Below are positions 9,737-18,641 of a stretch of DNA of 64,000 nucleotides, piece by piece. Position 1 is the stretch's first letter, and the number at the start of each line of letters is the position of its first letter. The stretch comes from an uncultured Bacilli bacterium (GTDB lineage: Bacteria; Bacillota_I; Bacilli_A; RF39; UBA660). The stretch is taken from contig CAKOLL010000002.1 of the NCBI GenBank assembly GCA_934096295.1, forward strand, positions 136,966 to 200,965. The letters are read 5' to 3'. The notes under the pieces were generated by a model. The model was not told the origin of the DNA, made no database searches, and saw only the letters and a list, made by a program, of their open reading frames with translations. Made by a program: the position numbers and the translations under genes.

Positions 9737-10519
9737 ATGAAAGATGTAAATATTTTAATTAACAATGGAGCTAATATTAAAAAAGCTTTAGAATTATTCG
9801 GAGATATGGAAACATATGATGCAACACTTGAAACTTTTTTGCAAGAAGTACCTGGGAAACTAGAAAAAATTAAGGCTTGTAAAGAAATTGGAGATATGGC
9901 AAACTATGCAATACTTGTGCATTCTCTAAAAAGTGATGCAAGATACTTTGGGTTTGAGACTCTCGGAGAACTTGCATATGATCATGAGTTAAAGAGTAAA
10001 GCAAACGATATGTATTATGTAAGTGAACATTTTAATGAACTTATGACTGAAGCAAATAGAGTTGTTAATTTAGTAAAAAAATATATGGGTGTTGGCATTG
10101 TAGATGAATCTTCATATAAAGAACCTGTAAAAATGAGTGATAAAGCTATTTTAGTAGTAGATGATTCAAATATAATAAGAAATTTCATTTTAAAAATCCT
10201 TGATGATTCATTTGATGTTATTTCAGCTACTGATGGTAAAGAAGCTATTGATATTTTAGAATCTGAAGAAAAAAGAAAAAATATTAAGGCTGTACTTCTT
10301 GATTTAAATATGCCAAATGTTAATGGCTTTGAAGTTTTGGATTATTACAAGAGTAAAGATTTATTTAGAAGTATCCCAATTTCTATTATTACTGGGGTGG
10401 ATGATAAAGAATCTATTGATAAAGCTTTTAAGTATCCAATTGTGGATATACTACTTAAACCATTTAATGAAAGAGATGTAAAAAAGATTCTTGAAAAAAC
10501 AATAAACAGTAAATTATAG
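9737..10519 (+). CDS. Hpt phosphotransfer domain fused to a stand-alone receiver domain
   Basis: 'ILVHSLKSDARYFG' = Hpt HxxKG motif; REC 'ILVVDDSNIIRNF...AVLLDLNMPNVNG...K'; no output domain. Confidence 0.75.
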   Translation: MKDVNILINNGANIKKALELFGDMETYDATLETFLQEVPGKLEKIKACKEIGDMANYAILVHSLKSDARYFGFETLGELAYDHELKSKANDMYYVSEHFNELMTEANRVVNLVKKYMGVGIVDESSYKEPVKMSDKAILVVDDSNIIRNFILKILDDSFDVISATDGKEAIDILESEEKRKNIKAVLLDLNMPNVNGFEVLDYYKSKDLFRSIPISIITGVDDKESIDKAFKYPIVDILLKPFNERDVKKILEKTINSKL

Positions 10520-10616
10520 CAACATGCTTGCATTAGTTGCTAATTTGCGTTATTATGTAATTGTATGAAGTTTACCACTTCATATGTGAAGCCTTCATAG
10601 GCATCATCTCCTTTCT

Positions 10617-10656
10617 AAAAAGTTTATTTGTAAATTGCAAATAAACTTTTTATATT
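10617..10656. terminator. A/T-rich hairpin terminator
   Basis: aaaagtttatttg-taaattg-caaataaactttt perfect 13-bp inverted repeat. Confidence 0.4.
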
Positions 10657-10711
10657 GTAATTTTAAAAAAATAGTGCTAGAATATGTGGTAACCACGGAG
10701 GAATTATGTAA

Positions 10712-10874
10712 TTTGAATATGCTAAACAATTGTGATTATGAAGGTTTTGCAGAATTCTTAAGACATCGTTCAAAATTAGAAATGGATACATTAGTAAGTT
10801 TGTTTAAAATGAAATACAATATTCCAATGGAAGAAACTCCGAATGTATTTAATGAAAATAATAAAGCCCGATAA
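10712..10874 (+). CDS. small hypothetical protein (start uncertain; ORF track 10635)
   Basis: ORF with GGAGGA RBS; no recognisable motif. Confidence 0.25.
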
Positions 10875-10898
10875 GTTTTTATTTCTTATCGGGTTTTA
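10864..10898. terminator. bidirectional rho-independent terminator
   Basis: cccgataag-loop-cttatcggg followed by tttt. Confidence 0.55.
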
Positions 10899-11088
10899 TG
10901 TCTTCTAAATTAGTATTTATTGTACCAAATTCTTTTTCATATTCCTTGATTCTTTGATCAATTAAATATTCAATTTCTTTATTTATACTTCTTTTATTAA
11001 TGCTTGCAATTATTCTTAATTTATCCCAAGATTCTTCTTCAACTCTTATGTTACTAGATACTATACTTTTCATATTTTTTCCTTTCAT
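10879..11088 (-). CDS. ribbon-helix-helix (CopG/Arc/ParG-like) small DNA-binding protein, orphan antitoxin-like
   Basis: 69 aa, 'KSIVSSNIRVEEESWDKLRIIASINKRSINKEIEYLI' pattern of RHH beta-strand then two helices; no partner toxin adjacent. Confidence 0.4.
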   Translation of the reverse strand: MKGKNMKSIVSSNIRVEEESWDKLRIIASINKRSINKEIEYLIDQRIKEYEKEFGTINTNLEDIKPDKK

Positions 11089-11222
11089 TGCCTAGTAATA
11101 TTGTACTATTTCACTGCTAAATTAGTATAGATATAAAATGGTACCAAAATAGTATTGAAAATATTAGGCTGATATGATATATTATTGTTAGTATTAAAAT
11201 AGTACTAGAAAAAGGTGTTGTT

Positions 11223-12494
11223 GTGAAAAAGCGTTATATAATATCAATTTTGGTGTTTTTAGTATTAAGTGTATTAATAAGTAATAATATTGCTAAGTCA
11301 TATATAGAAAAAAATAATAGTTTAAATAAAAAGTCAAATTCTAATAAAATATCGATTATGTTAGAAACAGATGAAGCTACTGGAGAATATAAAATGTCAA
11401 CAGAAAATAGTTGGCCAACCGAAGGATATATTTTCAATGCCGAATTATCAAAATGCGAAAATAATTCAATGATATCTTGGGATAATGATAAAAATGCTGT
11501 AATATTTCAAGGCCGAGTAACAGATAAGTGCTATATATATTTTGATAAATACGTAGCACCAACAATGACCCTTGTTGAATATGTTTTGGCACAATATACT
11601 GGTGTGCAAGGAGAAAACAATATGTATTATCATACTTCAAGTTTAGCAAATGGTGCTAGTGACAATTCTTATAGATATGCTGGGTCTAGTGATAGTGTAA
11701 ATAATTTTGTATGTTATGGTTCAACTGAAACTCCATGTCCAACGGATAATTTATATCGCATCATCGGAGTATTCGGCGATAATTACCATGGTGTGAGTGG
11801 ACAACAATTAGTAAAATTAATCAAATATGATTATGCAAATACTAATTTACTTGGAACTAATGGTACTTATAACAATTCCATGAATGCCGGAACAACTTAT
11901 AAAGGAAGTTTATCGACAATCTATACATATCGTTGGAATAATTATGCTAGTTCAAATACATGGAGTGCAAGCTTGCTAAATAAAACAAATTTAAATACGA
12001 ACTTCATAAATAATATAGGTGATATGTGGGCAAATAAAATTGCAACTATAGCATGGAAAGTCGGAGGTAATACAGTTGAAAAAATAAGAGAAGCAAAATC
12101 ATCACTAGCATATACCAATGAACTAATAAGTCCCGCAGCAAGTACTACCGAGAGTGCCAAAATAGGACTAATGTATGTAACTGATTATTATTATGCCGCA
12201 AGCTCAAGTGCATGGACATTAATAGGTTTTAATTCCGACTTAACAAATGATTATAGAAAAGCCATAAGTAATAATTGGATGTATATGGGCTGGAATGAAT
12301 GGGCAATAACTCGTCGTTCAGACATTGCTAATTCAACTTATTATGCATTCGAGATACATACTGATGGTAGCATTTGGGTTATGAATGTGACCAACATTTA
12401 CGATGCAATCAGGCCATCTTTCTTTCTATATTCTTCAATTATGTATAAATCAGGAACAGGAACCATGAGTGATCCAATAATTTTGGAAATATAA
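11223..12494 (+). CDS. secreted/surface protein, paralog family copy A (unknown function)
   Basis: N-terminal hydrophobic signal/anchor; shares blocks with 17051 and 49624 ORFs: SWPTEGY, DNSYRYAG, CxGxxxxPCPTDNLYRIIG, LIKYDYA, TWSxSLLNKTNLNTNFINNIG, WKVGGNT, AKIGLMYVxDY, NNWMYMG, AIRPSFF, KSGTGTxSDPI. Confidence 0.7.
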   Translation: MKKRYIISILVFLVLSVLISNNIAKSYIEKNNSLNKKSNSNKISIMLETDEATGEYKMSTENSWPTEGYIFNAELSKCENNSMISWDNDKNAVIFQGRVTDKCYIYFDKYVAPTMTLVEYVLAQYTGVQGENNMYYHTSSLANGASDNSYRYAGSSDSVNNFVCYGSTETPCPTDNLYRIIGVFGDNYHGVSGQQLVKLIKYDYANTNLLGTNGTYNNSMNAGTTYKGSLSTIYTYRWNNYASSNTWSASLLNKTNLNTNFINNIGDMWANKIATIAWKVGGNTVEKIREAKSSLAYTNELISPAASTTESAKIGLMYVTDYYYAASSSAWTLIGFNSDLTNDYRKAISNNWMYMGWNEWAITRRSDIANSTYYAFEIHTDGSIWVMNVTNIYDAIRPSFFLYSSIMYKSGTGTMSDPIILEI

Positions 12495-12567
12495 TTTGTC
12501 AAAGCCAATAATTGGCTTTTTAATTTGTAATATATTAACCATAATAACTATAGATAGGTGATTTAAA

Positions 12568-13539
12568 TTGAAGAAGTTAAAAATATTATTAATAAGTTGG
12601 TTATTATTACCAATTAATGTGTTTGCATATTCTAATTACATCATACCAGGTGGAGAAACTTTAGGTATTGAGGTAAATAGTAAAGGCGTAATGGTGATAG
12701 GTTTTTATCAAATAAATGGTAAATTTAATAAAGGGGTGCCAGCTATAAAAGCCGGAGATTATATTGTTAAAATAAATGATGTTTTAGTAAATACAATTGA
12801 TGAACTTACTAAAGAGATTGAAGCAAATGTTAGTGCTGGAGAAGTAAATGTAGAACTTAGAAGAGATGGAAAAGTTAAGACAAGCAAATTAGAATTGGTT
12901 AAGGATGGAGATATTTATAAAACCGGTTTGTATGTTAAAAATAGTATAACAGGTACTGGTACATTAACATATATAGATCCTGAAACTAAAATATTCGGGG
13001 CGTTAGGTCATGAAATAGTAGAATCAAATACTAATAGTATCGTAGAAATAAAAGATGGAAGTATATTTAGAAATTATATAACTGGTATAGATAAAAGTAA
13101 AGTTGGATATGCTGGTAGTAAGAATGCTAAGTTTTATTATAATACCAAGTATGGAACTATAAATAAAAATACAAATGTAGGTATATATGGAATTTATGAT
13201 AGTATTTTACCTAATAAAGATAAATTAGAAGTAGCTAAAAAGGAAGAAATAAAGATAGGTAAAGCAAGTATTGCAACAGTGTTAAGTAAAGAAGATATTA
13301 AGTATTATGATATAGAAATAACTAAAATAGATGAATATGCTAAAGTTAAAAATATATCATTTAAGATAACTGATAAGGAATTACTTGATAAAACTGGGGG
13401 AGTAGTGCAAGGAATGAGTGGTTCGCCGATTATGCAAAATGGTAAAATTATTGGAGCCGTAACTCATGTTATTATTGATAATCCTACGACTGGATATGGG
13501 TTATTTATAACAACTATGCTTGAAGAAGGAGAAAAATAG
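12568..13539 (+). CDS. spoIVB: SpoIVB-like serine peptidase (S55) with PDZ domain
   Basis: Signal peptide; PDZ 'GDYIVKINDVLVNTIDEL'; catalytic region 'GGVVQGMSGSPIMQNGKIIGAVTHV' matches SpoIVB 'GMSGSP...GAVTHV'. Confidence 0.75.
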   Translation: MKKLKILLISWLLLPINVFAYSNYIIPGGETLGIEVNSKGVMVIGFYQINGKFNKGVPAIKAGDYIVKINDVLVNTIDELTKEIEANVSAGEVNVELRRDGKVKTSKLELVKDGDIYKTGLYVKNSITGTGTLTYIDPETKIFGALGHEIVESNTNSIVEIKDGSIFRNYITGIDKSKVGYAGSKNAKFYYNTKYGTINKNTNVGIYGIYDSILPNKDKLEVAKKEEIKIGKASIATVLSKEDIKYYDIEITKIDEYAKVKNISFKITDKELLDKTGGVVQGMSGSPIMQNGKIIGAVTHVIIDNPTTGYGLFITTMLEEGEK

Positions 13540-13586
13540 AGTGGAATCTATTTTTCTTTTGTGATATTATATTATTGGTGATAATC

Positions 13587-14408
13587 ATGAAAATATCAAT
13601 AAAAGATAATATAGATTTATATAGAAAAGTAGATGAATTAACTAATTTAAATACAGTACCTAAAGATTATTATAGAGATTTTAAAATATTAGATACATAT
13701 GTAAGAATATTTAATGAAGGCAATAAAAAAATTTTGATTTATGTTCATGGTGGTGGTTTTGTATCGGGAAATTTAAATACTCACGCTAATCTTTGTTATA
13801 AGTTAGCTAAAGATTTGAATGTATGTGTTATATCAATTGATTATAAATTAGCTCCAGAATATAAATTTCCTTATCAAATAAATGAGATAAATAAAGTTTG
13901 TGAAGAAATATTTAAATTAAGTAGTGATGTAGCTATAATGGGGGATTCTGCCGGGGCTAACTTAGCATTTTCAGTGGCAACTGTTAATAGAAAATTAAAA
14001 TTTAAAGAAATTATTATGGCATATCCCACAACTCAGACTGATTATACTAGTAAGACAAAATTTAAATCTGTAATAGAAAATAGTGGTAAAACGTTACTTA
14101 CTAAAGAATCTTTACGAGATTACTTTTCTTTATATTTAAAAAGTGATAAAGATTATAAGGATAAAAGAGTTAATTTACTTCGTAATGATTGGTTATTTGG
14201 AATGCCTTTAGTTACTATAATTACAGGAACTCATGATCCACTTCATGATGAGGGTTTTGCTTTAAAAGAAAAGTTAGATAGATTTTTAGTTAAAACTAGA
14301 TATTTAGATTTGATTGATGCACCGCATGGTTTTTTAACAAATATGTTAGAACATAAATATACAAATCAAGTAATAGAATTTTTAAAGGGAAGTGATTTTT
14401 TTGAGTAA
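13587..14408 (+). CDS. alpha/beta hydrolase fold-3 esterase/lipase (HSL-like)
   Basis: 'VHGGGFVSG' oxyanion HGGG motif and 'GDSAGANLA' nucleophile elbow. Confidence 0.7.
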   Translation: MKISIKDNIDLYRKVDELTNLNTVPKDYYRDFKILDTYVRIFNEGNKKILIYVHGGGFVSGNLNTHANLCYKLAKDLNVCVISIDYKLAPEYKFPYQINEINKVCEEIFKLSSDVAIMGDSAGANLAFSVATVNRKLKFKEIIMAYPTTQTDYTSKTKFKSVIENSGKTLLTKESLRDYFSLYLKSDKDYKDKRVNLLRNDWLFGMPLVTIITGTHDPLHDEGFALKEKLDRFLVKTRYLDLIDAPHGFLTNMLEHKYTNQVIEFLKGSDFFE

Positions 14409-15624
14409 ATGGTATCGTTTAGATAATGCTGCAAAAATCTTTCCTCCATCTAAAAGTAAGAAAGATCCAAAGACATTTAGATTTAGTGTAACATTATATG
14501 AAGAAGTAAAAGTGGATGTATTAAATAAAGCTTTAAAAGAAACTTTGGAAGAGTATCCAATATTTAAATCTATTTTAAAAAAGGGAATATTTTGGTATTA
14601 TCTTGAAGAAGTAGATAAAAAATATGAAGTAAAAATGGAAGATAAAAGTCCATGTTCTAAAATAAATCATAATAATTTATTTGAGGTATCAGTTTATAAA
14701 AATAGAATTAATTTAGAGGTTGATCATGCCCTAACTGATGGAACTGGTACACTTACGTTCTTAAAAAGTTTGGTAGCTAACTACTTAAATAAATTATATA
14801 ATATTAAAAATAATGAAGTAATAAATGAAGGTAGTATAAAAGAAATAAAAGAAGATGCTTTTAAAAAATATAAAGATAGTAATTTTAAGAAAGTATTAAA
14901 AAGTAAGAAAGCATATAGAATTAAAGATGAAAAATATATAGATAATAGACTTAAAGTAATCGAAGGTATTGTAAATATTGATGATATTAAAGTAAAAGCT
15001 AAAGAATTAGATTTAACAATTACAGAATATTTAACTAGTGTTTTAATTATGGCTATAGGTAGTGTTAAAAATAAAAGTAAAAAACCAATAGTTATTACAA
15101 TACCAGTTAATTTAAGAAAGTATTATCCAACCTACACAGTAAGAAATTTTTTTAGTGTAGTAAATATAGATTATATATATAATAATGATTCATTTGAGGA
15201 TATAGCAATGTATGTAAAGAAAATATTTAAAGAAAAGTTAGATAAAGAAAATATAAAAGATAAAATGAATAGTATGATAAAGTTAGAAGATATATTTATA
15301 GTTAGATTAATACCTGTTTTTATAAAAGACTTTGTTTTAAAAATAGCATGTAATATTGAAAATAAATATCAAACTATGACTTTATCTAATATAGGTATTA
15401 TTAATATGCCGGAAGTTTATAATAAATATATAGATTATTTTAGTGTATTTACAAGTACATCAAAAATACAAATGTGTATGTGTTCTTATAAAGATAAAAT
15501 GGTTATTAGTTTTTCATCTAAGTTTGTAAATAGTGAAATAGAAAAATATTTCTTTAAGTTTTTAAGTAATGGTGGAATAGATGTAATAATAAATACTAAT
15601 GATTATGGTGATTATGATGAATAA
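14392..15624 (+). CDS. hypothetical protein with condensation/acyltransferase-like HxxxDG motif
   Basis: 'EVDHALTDGTG' resembles the HHxxxDG acyltransferase motif; otherwise unrecognised. Confidence 0.3.
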   Translation: MIFLSKWYRLDNAAKIFPPSKSKKDPKTFRFSVTLYEEVKVDVLNKALKETLEEYPIFKSILKKGIFWYYLEEVDKKYEVKMEDKSPCSKINHNNLFEVSVYKNRINLEVDHALTDGTGTLTFLKSLVANYLNKLYNIKNNEVINEGSIKEIKEDAFKKYKDSNFKKVLKSKKAYRIKDEKYIDNRLKVIEGIVNIDDIKVKAKELDLTITEYLTSVLIMAIGSVKNKSKKPIVITIPVNLRKYYPTYTVRNFFSVVNIDYIYNNDSFEDIAMYVKKIFKEKLDKENIKDKMNSMIKLEDIFIVRLIPVFIKDFVLKIACNIENKYQTMTLSNIGIINMPEVYNKYIDYFSVFTSTSKIQMCMCSYKDKMVISFSSKFVNSEIEKYFFKFLSNGGIDVIINTNDYGDYDE

Positions 15625-16276
15625 ATGTAATAAGTGTAATGTTTTTATAAATACAAAAACAAGTAAATGTCCTTTATGTGGATGTAATATTAAAAATAAT
15701 GATGGAATAAATGTATTTCCCCATATTAATTATTTAGATAAAAAATATCATTTGATGAAGAAAATATTATTATTCTTATCTTTATGTGGAATATTTATTT
15801 CTTTATATATTAATTATTCTATAACTCATACCCTAAGTTGGTCATATTTTGTAGTTTTAGGTATTATTACTTTTTGGATTACTTTACTTGTTTCTTTAAA
15901 TAGTCATAAAAATTTAATAAAAATGTTATTTTTAGAAATGATTATTTTAATTGGTTTATCACTAATCTGGGATTATTCAACTGGTTTTAAGTTATGGAGT
16001 ATTAATTATTTATTGCCATTTATTTGTGTTTTATATTTAGTTGGAATATTTATTATAAAATTATTTATGAAAAGATTAGAGAGTGAATTTGTTTTTTATG
16101 CAAGTGTTGCATCACTTATTGGACTTATACCGGGCATATTAATTTTATTTGATAAATTATATGTTAAATTTCCAAGTTATATTTGTTCAATATTTAGTAT
16201 GGTAATGTTAATGTATTTATTTGTATTTAATAAAAAAATTGTTAAGGACGAATTAGAAAAAAGATTTCATATTTAA
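15599..16276 (+). CDS. membrane protein with N-terminal zinc-ribbon (CxxC...CxxC) and ~5 TM helices
   Basis: 'CNKCNVF...CPLCGC' followed by long hydrophobic stretches. Confidence 0.45.
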   Translation: MIMVIMMNKCNKCNVFINTKTSKCPLCGCNIKNNDGINVFPHINYLDKKYHLMKKILLFLSLCGIFISLYINYSITHTLSWSYFVVLGIITFWITLLVSLNSHKNLIKMLFLEMIILIGLSLIWDYSTGFKLWSINYLLPFICVLYLVGIFIIKLFMKRLESEFVFYASVASLIGLIPGILILFDKLYVKFPSYICSIFSMVMLMYLFVFNKKIVKDELEKRFHI

Positions 16277-16313
16277 TAAATTTATGATATACTTTTAGTA
16301 GAGGTAGATAGTT

Positions 16314-16775
16314 ATGGATATAAGTATAAAGTTAGATGATTATAAATTAAATGTTAGAACTTGTGCATTTATTAAATGTGGGGATGAAATATTACTTTGT
16401 GAACATAAAGATAAAGATTACTATAGTTTACCAGGGGGACATGTTAAAATGGGGGAAGATAGTAAATTTGCTTTATTACGCGAATTAAAAGAAGAATTAA
16501 ATTATGATTTGCATGAAAATGATTTAAGGATTGTAAGATGTATAGAAAATTTCTTTACTTATAATAATGAAAAAATACATGAGTATTTATTTGTTTATTT
16601 AATTGATTTAGATAAGTCTTTATATAATGGAGATTTTAAGAATTTAGAAAATGATAGTATAACTATGAATTGGGTTAAAAAAGATGCATTTATATTATTT
16701 AATGTAGAACCTGGAGTAGTAAAGGGAATACTTAGTAATCCAAATGTAGAACATATTATATTAAAAGATATTTGA
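16314..16775 (+). CDS. NUDIX hydrolase
   Basis: Nudix box 'GGHVKMGEDSKFALLRELKEELN'. Confidence 0.8.
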   Translation: MDISIKLDDYKLNVRTCAFIKCGDEILLCEHKDKDYYSLPGGHVKMGEDSKFALLRELKEELNYDLHENDLRIVRCIENFFTYNNEKIHEYLFVYLIDLDKSLYNGDFKNLENDSITMNWVKKDAFILFNVEPGVVKGILSNPNVEHIILKDI

Positions 16776-16777
16776 TT

Positions 16778-16917
16778 AAAAAAGCGGTGATTCCGACCAT
16801 AACAGGAACTGAAAAAAGCGGTGATTCCGACCATAACAGGAACTGAAAAAAGCGGTGATTCCAACCAAAATAGGAACTGAAAAAAGTGGCGATTCCGGCC
16901 ATGACAGGAACTTAAAA
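16778..16917. repeat. tandem direct repeat, 4 x 34 bp (aaaaaagcggtgattccgaccataacaggaactg, last two copies degenerate)
   Basis: Read directly; lies between Nudix stop and terminator hairpin (3'-UTR position). Confidence 0.9.
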
Positions 16918-16950
16918 ATGTAACTAGAGAGCACACTCTAGTTTTTATAT
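16918..16950 (+). terminator. rho-independent terminator (gtaactagag-agcaca-ctctagttttt)
   Basis: 8-bp perfect stem + T-run; same palindrome arms recur at 22402-22443 after obg. Confidence 0.6.
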
Positions 16951-17050
16951 TAAAAAAAATGCAAATAAAACTAAATATTTTTAAAATAGACTTGAACTAA
17001 ATTTAAATTTAATTTATAATTTAATTAGTAGACTAAAGGAGATTTTTCTT

Positions 17051-18607
17051 ATGAATAAAAAAACAAGAATAATTATTTTATCGATACTTGCTGTGTTAAT
17101 TGTTATTGCTTTATCAGTGGGATTAACTACAGCTTTTATGAAACCTGTAGAACAAGGTGGTAATTTAACTGAAGTTGCATTATCTAGTTGTGCAAAGATT
17201 AAGTTAACTAGTACTAGTTCTGTTAATCTTTCTAATTCATATCCAATGAGTAGAAATAAAGGATTGCAAACAACTCCTTATTCTTTTACTGTTACTAGTT
17301 ATTGTGATACATATGTAGGTTTTAGTTTATATATTGCTACATTAAGTACAAATACATTAGATGCTTCAAATATTCACTATATTTTAACATATAAAGGTAG
17401 TAAAGAAACTATAGTAGAAGGTATATTATCTAGTGCTATGAATGGAGTAAGTGATTTTAGTGATTCAGAAAAAACTGAATTAAATACTGGGTTAAAAGGC
17501 ACTTATGGTAGTATTTATAAAATTCATAATGAATCTGTAGCATTAAAAGGTAGTAAAGAATATGATTTATATTTGTATGTTGATGAAAATGTAACAAATA
17601 CTACGATGGGAAAAACATTTAGTGCAGGTGTTGCAGTTAAATCTTATGATAGAGAAAAAATTGGTTTAGAAATATGTAATAGTGGTCAAAATTTAAAAGA
17701 ATGTGTTATTTCATATGCAAATTTAGGTAGTAATGTTTCAAAAATATATTATCATGATTCAACACTAACAAATGGAGCAGGGGACAATAGCTATAGATAT
17801 GCAGGACCAAGTGATGAAGTAAATAATTTTGTGTGTTTTGGAACAAATGAGAGTCCATGTCCAACAGATAATTTATATCGTATTATCGGAGTAATAGATG
17901 ATAAAGTGAAATTAATCAAATATGATTATGCAACAAGTACATTACTTGGAACAGATGGTGATTATTCACAAAATGCCGAAGAAGCAGGAATGCCAACAAA
18001 TCATTATAAAGGAACAAAAGAAATGTCAGACATCGGAGTATATTATTGGAATTATAAGGCTACAAACAAAGCTACAAATACATGGAGTACAAGTTTATTA
18101 AATAAAACAAATTTAAATACAAACTTTATAAATAATATTGGAACAGAATGGTCAAATAAGATAGCAACAACGATATGGAAAGTAGGAGGAAATACAAATG
18201 CAAAAATAAGAAATGTAGTTCCATCAGTAGCATACCAAAATGAAATAGTAAATCCGGTTCCAGGCCAATATTCAACAACAGGAGAAACAGAATATGAAGC
18301 CAAAATAGGATTAATGTATGTATCGGATTATGGATTTGCAGCAAGTCCAGAATCATGGACAACAATAATGGGTGATTATCATAAAGTTGTAAATAATAAT
18401 TGGATGTACATGGGAGCTTGGGAATGGACTATTTCCCGTCGTGCGGACCGTTCGGACATTGCTTTCGTTGTAGGCCGTGGTGGTTCCGTGAGCGACGACT
18501 TCGTGGACATCGGCATCTTTGCGGTTCGGTCGTCCTTCAATCTCGAGTCTTCTGTGACTTATGTCTCTGGGTCTGGACTTAGATTTGATCCGATTGTAAT
18601 AAATTAA
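17051..18607 (+). CDS. secreted/surface protein, paralog family copy B (longer N-terminal region; GC-rich recoded 3' end)
   Basis: Signal/anchor helix; same conserved blocks as copy A (DNSYRYAG, PCPTDNLYRIIG, LIKYDYA, TWSTSLLNKTNLNTNFINNIG, WKVGGNT, AKIGLMYVSDYGFAAS, NNNWMYMG). Confidence 0.7.
   Translation: MNKKTRIIILSILAVLIVIALSVGLTTAFMKPVEQGGNLTEVALSSCAKIKLTSTSSVNLSNSYPMSRNKGLQTTPYSFTVTSYCDTYVGFSLYIATLSTNTLDASNIHYILTYKGSKETIVEGILSSAMNGVSDFSDSEKTELNTGLKGTYGSIYKIHNESVALKGSKEYDLYLYVDENVTNTTMGKTFSAGVAVKSYDREKIGLEICNSGQNLKECVISYANLGSNVSKIYYHDSTLTNGAGDNSYRYAGPSDEVNNFVCFGTNESPCPTDNLYRIIGVIDDKVKLIKYDYATSTLLGTDGDYSQNAEEAGMPTNHYKGTKEMSDIGVYYWNYKATNKATNTWSTSLLNKTNLNTNFINNIGTEWSNKIATTIWKVGGNTNAKIRNVVPSVAYQNEIVNPVPGQYSTTGETEYEAKIGLMYVSDYGFAASPESWTTIMGDYHKVVNNNWMYMGAWEWTISRRADRSDIAFVVGRGGSVSDDFVDIGIFAVRSSFNLESSVTYVSGSGLRFDPIVIN
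18432..18582 (+). other. ~150-bp GC-rich (~55% GC) compositional island inside the 3' end of paralog B CDS
   Basis: tcccgtcgtgcggaccgttcggacattgctttcgttgtaggccgtggtggttccgtgagcgacgacttcgtggacatcggcatctttgcggttcggtcgtcc... uses CGT/GCG/GGC/GAC codons absent from surrounding AT-rich code; still in frame and still homologous to tails of copies A and C. Confidence 0.85.
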
Positions 18608-18641
18608 TTTGTAATAATGTAAAAATAACGGAGGAATGAAT

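Noticed and set aside
16778-16917. Possible CRISPR array
   Set aside because: Repeats are contiguous (period = unit length) with no intervening unique spacers, and no cas genes are nearby.
16595-16936. 113-aa minus-strand ORF with repeating FFSSCYGRN motif
   Set aside because: Product of translating the 34-bp tandem repeats. Overlaps the 3' end of the Nudix CDS antisense.
18400-18582. 60-aa Cys/Arg/Trp-rich ORF in alternative frame
   Set aside because: Lies entirely inside the GC-rich patch of the paralog B CDS. GC-rich DNA in an AT-rich genome yields stop-free alternative frames by chance. No RBS.
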